This document shows, in pieces, positions 59,196 to 64,000 of a stretch of 64,000 nucleotides of DNA. Each line of letters opens with the position of its first letter. Position 1 is the stretch's first letter. Where the stretch lies: assembly GCA_963845535.1 (NCBI GenBank), contig CAWJSK010000015.1, forward strand, positions 224,001 to 288,000, written 5' to 3'. The position numbers and the translations under genes were made by a program. The notes beneath the pieces were generated by a model. It made no database searches, had not been told where the DNA came from, and saw only the letters and a list, made by a program, of their open reading frames with translations. Source of the DNA: an uncultured Spirochaetota bacterium (GTDB lineage Bacteria; Spirochaetota; Spirochaetia; SZUA-6; Fen-1364).

Positions 59196-60290
59196 CTACG
59201 CTGACGCGACCGTTTCCGTTTCCAGAGCGTTGGTTGACGCGGGCCGCACAAGCGTCAGCGTGGCAAGAGTCTCGGTTCCTGAGGTTCGAATGGTGAAAGC
59301 ATCCTGATCAAAACCGAGGTTTCGAAGCATGAACAGCATCATGACGATGCCCAGCCCAGCGCCTTCTGACCCGTCTTCAGTCCGCGTATATGCATCCGCA
59401 AGACTCGTGAAGTCTTTTGCGATGGCGATTTTCTCTTCGATACGGCTCTTTTCGGCAGGCGTCAAGATTACGTTATTACGGATGCAGATTCTCAGGCCTT
59501 CCGGAATCTTTCGAAACTGGAACTTCACGTACAGCCCGTTTTCTCGCAAGCGCGCGAGGTAGTGATCCACTTTTTCCACTGCTTCCTGCTTGAACCCTTC
59601 CATGCCCGTCGCGTAGTCTCGCTCGTTGAGGATGTCCAGTTTCCTTTCCTCGAAATACAGACGTTTGGTGTTGGCCTTTTTTGCATTCCCCGCCAGCTCA
59701 TGGATGCAGTAGGAGACATTATTTCCCAGAGGGGCCATGTCGACAGCTTTCAGGAATGCGGCCAGGATCCGGTCGATGTGACGACGCTCGCTCGGAAGAT
59801 AGGTGAACGTCCTTACTGTCAGCGTTTTCGAGCGGTCGATTGCATGGAGCACGCTTTCCCAGACGCTTCTCTTTCCGGCAGCCACCCGCAGGCTTCCCGA
59901 GTCCGGGATTGATAGCGCGGTGTCCTTGTGGCCTCGGTCATCCTGCCTCCCTGTCTTCCTGATCAGCTCAAGGGCCTCCCCCTCGGTATTCTCAATGGGC
60001 AGGAAACCTTTCAACCTCGTAAGCTCCATGACGCGCATGACCATAGGGGGAACACGAACTATGCGAAACTGCATGCCTTTCTGCGCGAGCATTGCATTGA
60101 TCGAGAGCAGAAGCCCGATTCCGCTCGAGTCAACGTAGGTCACCTTTCTCAAGTTGAGAATGAATACGTCAATCTTCTTCTCGATCATCGACTGGACCGT
60201 GTCCTTGAGCTGAAATGCGTTGTACAGGTCAATCTCGCCGGCAACATCGATGATATAATTCGCTTCGAAGCCCCTCACCGTGATGTCCAT
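59196..60290 (-). CDS. STAS domain fused to a GHKL/HATPase (anti-sigma kinase-like) domain
   Basis: 'VTYVDSSGIG'; C-half 'CIHELAGNAKKAN' (N-box) and 'EGAGLGIVM' (G2 box). Confidence 0.82.
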   Translation of the reverse strand: MDITVRGFEANYIIDVAGEIDLYNAFQLKDTVQSMIEKKIDVFILNLRKVTYVDSSGIGLLLSINAMLAQKGMQFRIVRVPPMVMRVMELTRLKGFLPIENTEGEALELIRKTGRQDDRGHKDTALSIPDSGSLRVAAGKRSVWESVLHAIDRSKTLTVRTFTYLPSERRHIDRILAAFLKAVDMAPLGNNVSYCIHELAGNAKKANTKRLYFEERKLDILNERDYATGMEGFKQEAVEKVDHYLARLRENGLYVKFQFRKIPEGLRICIRNNVILTPAEKSRIEEKIAIAKDFTSLADAYTRTEDGSEGAGLGIVMMLFMLRNLGFDQDAFTIRTSGTETLATLTLVRPASTNALETETVASA

Positions 60291-60302
60291 CTCCCGCCTC
60301 CT

Positions 60303-60731
60303 TCAAGCGTTGTCAAGGTGAACCACCTTCGTATCGCCCTTCATCAGCGCTACGGCTTCTTCCATGGAATCGACACAGCAGAGGAACTTCTCAAGGCTCA
60401 GGTTTTTGAGAACCTCCATCACCTTCGGATGGATATCGACCATTGCCAACGCCCCTCCTCTGTCAGTGGCAGCCTTCTTTATTTGCACAAAAGCCCCGAC
60501 TGCTTTGCTGGACATATACTCCACGCCGTCAAGAACGAGTATTAGTCGGATGAAGCCGGCATTGATCACTTTTGTTACGCTCCTTTGGAAGAAAGGAGCG
60601 CTGTAGGTGTCGATTTGCCCTCTGAGCTTCAGGGCCATGCAACTGTCGACCTCCTTCATCTTTTGGAGGTCTATTGTGAGAAAATCGCATGTGTCCTGAT
60701 CGAACCCAGGAAAAGCGTCGTTCTTGTTCAT
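60303..60731 (-). CDS. STAS anti-sigma factor antagonist
   Basis: 'LRGQIDTYSA', 'VEYMSSKAVGAF'. Confidence 0.9.
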   Translation of the reverse strand: MNKNDAFPGFDQDTCDFLTIDLQKMKEVDSCMALKLRGQIDTYSAPFFQRSVTKVINAGFIRLILVLDGVEYMSSKAVGAFVQIKKAATDRGGALAMVDIHPKVMEVLKNLSLEKFLCCVDSMEEAVALMKGDTKVVHLDNA

Positions 60732-60754
60732 ACCGGTTATGGATACAGGGGAAT

Positions 60755-60771
60755 GGTTAAGGTCGTATTAA
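60755..60771 (-). promoter_or_regulatory. TTAA-N7-TTAAC box upstream of STAS gene
   Basis: Minus strand TTAATACGACCTTAACC. Confidence 0.55.
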
Positions 60772-60862
60772 CTCGAAAGGACTTCTTGCGAATATTGGCA
60801 TGAAAGGTGAAGAGCCGCTCAGCCACTCCTACGGTTTGAATCGATGTGCCGGTATTCCATTC

Positions 60863-60901
60863 TTCATGAATAATTCACACGACGTTTTTCGATTATTAAC
60901 A
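60863..60901 (+). promoter_or_regulatory. 11-bp periodic box upstream of hybrid kinase
   Basis: TTCATG(60863), TTCACA(60874), TTTTTC(60885), TTAACA(60896). Confidence 0.6.
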
Positions 60902-60938
60902 CAGGAATGCCCAGAATACTTCTGGAAACGAAGAAGCC

Positions 60939-62963
60939 ATGACGAACGCCCTGAATCATGACCTCCCGATAGATTCGATGCCTATTGCGTGCGTGATGTG
61001 GTCACCCGATCTCACGGTACTGTCCTGGAACCCGGCCGCGGAAAAAACCTTCGGGTATCAGGAGCCCGAAATGGCGGGAAGGAAGCTGCACGAGCTTCCG
61101 CTGGTGCCCCAAGCAATGCAGTACGAGCTTGCCGAGGTCCTGAATCGTGTCATGAGGAGCGGATTGACTCTCGAGAGGGAGAGCGAGGGCAACACCAAAG
61201 ACGGCCGCAACATCCTGTGCCACTGGACGAATACGCCGGTGAAACGCGACAACCACGTTGTGGGAGTCCTGTCCGTTCTGCAGGACGTCGCAGAAAAGTT
61301 CCAGGTTGTTCGAGAGCTTCTTCTTGACAGCAAACGACTTGAGAGGCTGCTTGCGCTTTCTCAATCAAAGCCCAAAACGGTTGATGAGCTTCTCTCTCAT
61401 TCCCTCGATGAGGCAGTCGCCCTGACATCGAGTGAGCTCGGATGCCTCTGCTGGTATGACGAAGTCTCGCATCGCTTCACTCGCCGTTCTCTTTCCGACT
61501 CTTCCCGTGGCGAGGTCACCTGTGAGCGGGTGATGGCAAGCGCCGAGGCCGCGGGCATCTGGGACCGCGTGGTCACCCGGCGAAAGCCTTTGATCGACAA
61601 TGACTTTTTCGTGCCCGACGCTTCGGCACTTCGTCTTCCGATGAGAAGGTTTCTCGCCGTTCCGCTGTTCGTAAAGGAGAAGATCGCTGCCGTGGTGGGC
61701 GTCACAAATGCCCCGGTGGAATATGGCGAATCAGACGCAGCGCAGCTTGCGCTGCTGATGAACAGCATCGGAAGGATGATCAGCTTGCAGGAGACCGAGG
61801 AGGCTCTTGGCGTCGCGCGCGAGCAGCTTCTTCAAGGCCAGAAAATGGAGGCCATAGGGCGCCTCGCGGGAGGGATAGCGCACGATTTCAATAACCTTTT
61901 GCAGGTCATGAACGGGCATGCGGAGCTGCTGCTGGAGGATGTCGATGACTCTGTCAAGCACCGCGTTGCCGAGCTGAAGGACGTGATCCGCAAGGCAGCA
62001 GCCCTCATCTCGCAGCTCCTTGCCTTCAGCAGAAAATCGATCGTGTCCCTGCGCTCTATCGACTGCAATGAGCTCATCACCGGTACAAGCCTGATGCTTC
62101 GCCGTGTGATCGGGGAAAACATCCGACTGTTGACCCGACTCGGTGAGAATCTGTGGAAGATCAAGGCGGATCGAGGTCAGATCGAGCAGGTCGTGATGAA
62201 CATCGTCGTGAACGCGCGCGACGCCATGCCGCGGGGGGGCTCACTCACCATAGAGACTTCCAACCTGTTCTTCGAGGACGGGAGCTCGCAACTCTTCCCC
62301 GAGGTAACCGCGGGAGAATACGTCCGGCTGTCGGTACGTGACACGGGCATGGGCATGCACGAAGAGACCCGCGCGCGGATTTTCGAGCCATTCTTCACGA
62401 CGAAGCCGCCAGGGAAAGGCGTCGGGCTCGGCCTCGCGGTGGTATACGGAATCGTACGGCAATGCGGGGCGTTCATTGCCTGTGAGAGCAAGGTTGGTGG
62501 AGGAACGCTTATCGAGATTCTTTTCCCCAGAGCAGCAGACTCCGCGCCGGAGGAAAAGAACCCTGAACCGGGAAGCGCGGCCCACAAGGGCAGCGAAACG
62601 ATCCTGGTGGTCGAGGACAACGAGGAAGTGAGGGAGATTGCGGAGAGCTTCCTTGCGCGGGACGGCTACCAGGTGCTCACGGCAGAAGACGGGGAGGCGG
62701 CTGTGAGAAAGGCGGTCCTCGGCCCGGTCGACCTCCTCCTCACCGACGTCGTCATGCCCGGAATGAACGGCAAGGAAGTATCAGACAGAATCAGGCAGAT
62801 CATGCCGGATATCAGGGTGGTATTCATGTCTGGCTACCCCGCCGAAGCGATATCACATCATGGCGTTCTGGATAGCTCGGTCCAGTTCCTCCAGAAGCCC
62901 TTTACGCGAGAGAAGCTTCTCCGCCAGATCCGGGACTCACTTGACATGATGAAGCGGGGATAG
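60939..62963 (+). CDS. Cytoplasmic hybrid histidine kinase PAS-GAF-HisKA-HATPase-REC
   Basis: 'WNPAAEKTFGY', GAF 'RFLAVPL', 'AGGIAHDFNNLL', 'NARDAM', 'FEPFFTTK', REC 'LLTDVVMPG'. Confidence 0.95.
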   Translation: MTNALNHDLPIDSMPIACVMWSPDLTVLSWNPAAEKTFGYQEPEMAGRKLHELPLVPQAMQYELAEVLNRVMRSGLTLERESEGNTKDGRNILCHWTNTPVKRDNHVVGVLSVLQDVAEKFQVVRELLLDSKRLERLLALSQSKPKTVDELLSHSLDEAVALTSSELGCLCWYDEVSHRFTRRSLSDSSRGEVTCERVMASAEAAGIWDRVVTRRKPLIDNDFFVPDASALRLPMRRFLAVPLFVKEKIAAVVGVTNAPVEYGESDAAQLALLMNSIGRMISLQETEEALGVAREQLLQGQKMEAIGRLAGGIAHDFNNLLQVMNGHAELLLEDVDDSVKHRVAELKDVIRKAAALISQLLAFSRKSIVSLRSIDCNELITGTSLMLRRVIGENIRLLTRLGENLWKIKADRGQIEQVVMNIVVNARDAMPRGGSLTIETSNLFFEDGSSQLFPEVTAGEYVRLSVRDTGMGMHEETRARIFEPFFTTKPPGKGVGLGLAVVYGIVRQCGAFIACESKVGGGTLIEILFPRAADSAPEEKNPEPGSAAHKGSETILVVEDNEEVREIAESFLARDGYQVLTAEDGEAAVRKAVLGPVDLLLTDVVMPGMNGKEVSDRIRQIMPDIRVVFMSGYPAEAISHHGVLDSSVQFLQKPFTREKLLRQIRDSLDMMKRG

Positions 62964-63063
62964 CCGCCACTGCTGCGGAGCGCCCGGGCAGGAGTGAAAT
63001 TCCCGCGCCTTTTCGCTCGAAGCCCGATCTAGTCAGTATGATCCCAGAGGTGTATTTCTTTGG

Positions 63064-63795
63064 TCAGCCCGCTCTCCCCCCGTGTCCTCGAAAGCTGAGA
63101 AAATCTCTCTGCTTTTCAAAATCAGGCACCAAAGATGCTACAAGGCTCCAAAAAGCTTTCGAGTGGTTCATGTGCCTTAAATGACACATCTCATGAGCAA
63201 CAACGTACTCAAGAACCGCTTTGGGAAACAGCCCAAGTTTCCAATTCAGATTTATCACATGGTTTCGGCCGCAGCTTCCCCAGAGTCTCTTTTGGGCTTT
63301 GATCCTCAATCCTTTCGGAAGTATTCCGATTCTCTTTCCGAAGACTTGTACGATTCTCACGGCCTCGGCAGAAACTTGCTTTTTGATCCAATCTTCAACT
63401 TTCTTCCTTACCGCGCCCTCTTTTGCTTGTTGTGTCAGCCCTGCTTGAACTCTCACGATCAAACGGCCGTCGTATTCGATTCGAGAACGCTTCCTTTCTT
63501 CCGCAAATACCGTTAAATGAATTTCATTTCCCAAGAAAGGGATTCTTGCTCCCGAAACATATCGAAAATCTGTGAAGCTCTTCAACCTGTCTTCTTGCTC
63601 CAGAACCCGTTCTCTTGCCAAGTAGACTCTTCTCTTCATCTTCTCGATCAAGTCGATTGCTTCTTGTTCTCGTGATCCCTTTGGAAGGACGACTTTGATA
63701 CCAGATGGCGCAATAACGATCCGCTTGTGCTTGGCTCTTGGACTATAGGCTACTGAGTAATGAATTATGCCGTTCGCGAAAATCAATCGTGGCAC
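63064..63795 (-). CDS. M48/YgjP (DUF45) zinc metallopeptidase-like protein
   Basis: 'KRLWGSC', 'LNWKL', 'YVVAHEMCHLRHMNHSKAFW'; GTG 63795 after GAGGAG (ORF track extends to 63837); visibly AT-richer. Confidence 0.9.
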   Translation of the reverse strand: MPRLIFANGIIHYSVAYSPRAKHKRIVIAPSGIKVVLPKGSREQEAIDLIEKMKRRVYLARERVLEQEDRLKSFTDFRYVSGARIPFLGNEIHLTVFAEERKRSRIEYDGRLIVRVQAGLTQQAKEGAVRKKVEDWIKKQVSAEAVRIVQVFGKRIGILPKGLRIKAQKRLWGSCGRNHVINLNWKLGLFPKAVLEYVVAHEMCHLRHMNHSKAFWSLVASLVPDFEKQRDFLSFRGHGGRAG

Positions 63796-64000
63796 TCTCG
63801 TTCTCCTCGCGGAATCAACAATCAACATCATGATCAACTACGGAGAAGGGCCGCGTAGCTACACGCACCGTCTCGATACATATGCCCCGGCCTGTCAGTT
63901 CGAGAAGCCGGTGAATCAGCTTACATCCGGAAAGCTTCAAGGTCAAATAGCGGCCAGGATTGGAAGGGTGCGCGATATCGATGAGTCCTTTTTTAGGCTT

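Noticed and set aside
60755..62963. CckA-CtrA cell-cycle circuit
   Set aside because: One TTAA-N7-TTAAC match and a generic hybrid kinase are insufficient; the other boxes fit TT(A/C)ACA better and nothing else suggests an alphaproteobacterium
63815..64000. Open minus-strand frame entering from the right edge (KPKKGLIDIAHP...)
   Set aside because: No recognisable motif and too short to call

Overview
GC-rich bacterial chromosomal segment, probably from an anaerobic spirochaete. The taxonomy is inferred only from protein style ('FAGGTKE/WAGGTAE'-type binding-protein N-termini, TolC present). I saw no RNA genes, CRISPR arrays, transposases or integrases. Contents left to right: partial GcvR-like ACT gene; TetR plus a tripartite RND efflux operon with two matching operators; a sugar ABC operon with L-rhamnose mutarotase and three URO-D/MtaA-like genes, beside an AraC regulator whose sensor is a paralog of the operon's own binding protein; a SAM methyltransferase; a secreted ankyrin protein; a LacI-controlled sugar ABC operon with a PMI-like cupin and a ketose 3-epimerase; an 11-subunit complex I operon (nuoABCDHIJKLMN, no nuoEFG) headed by a 1023-aa FAD/ferredoxin/2xCCG oxidoreductase; an OrpR-like sigma54 activator, NifX-family gene and MBL hydrolase; a sigma54-driven sugar ABC plus URO-D operon divergent from an NtrC-type regulator and a soluble histidine kinase whose N-terminus is a sugar-ABC ATPase domain (the standout); an MCP remnant; a signalling region (EAL-CBS-GGDEF, glycosyltransferase, CBS-PP2C, PilZ, three STAS proteins, hybrid kinase) in which six upstream regions share an 11-bp-periodic TT(A/C)AC(A/G) box; a heparanase-like GH79; two small RHH-like paralogs with a collagen-like and an ACT gene; and an M48/YgjP peptidase. 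At least seven single-base frameshifts look like sequencing errors. All functions come from motif recognition by eye; no searches were run.
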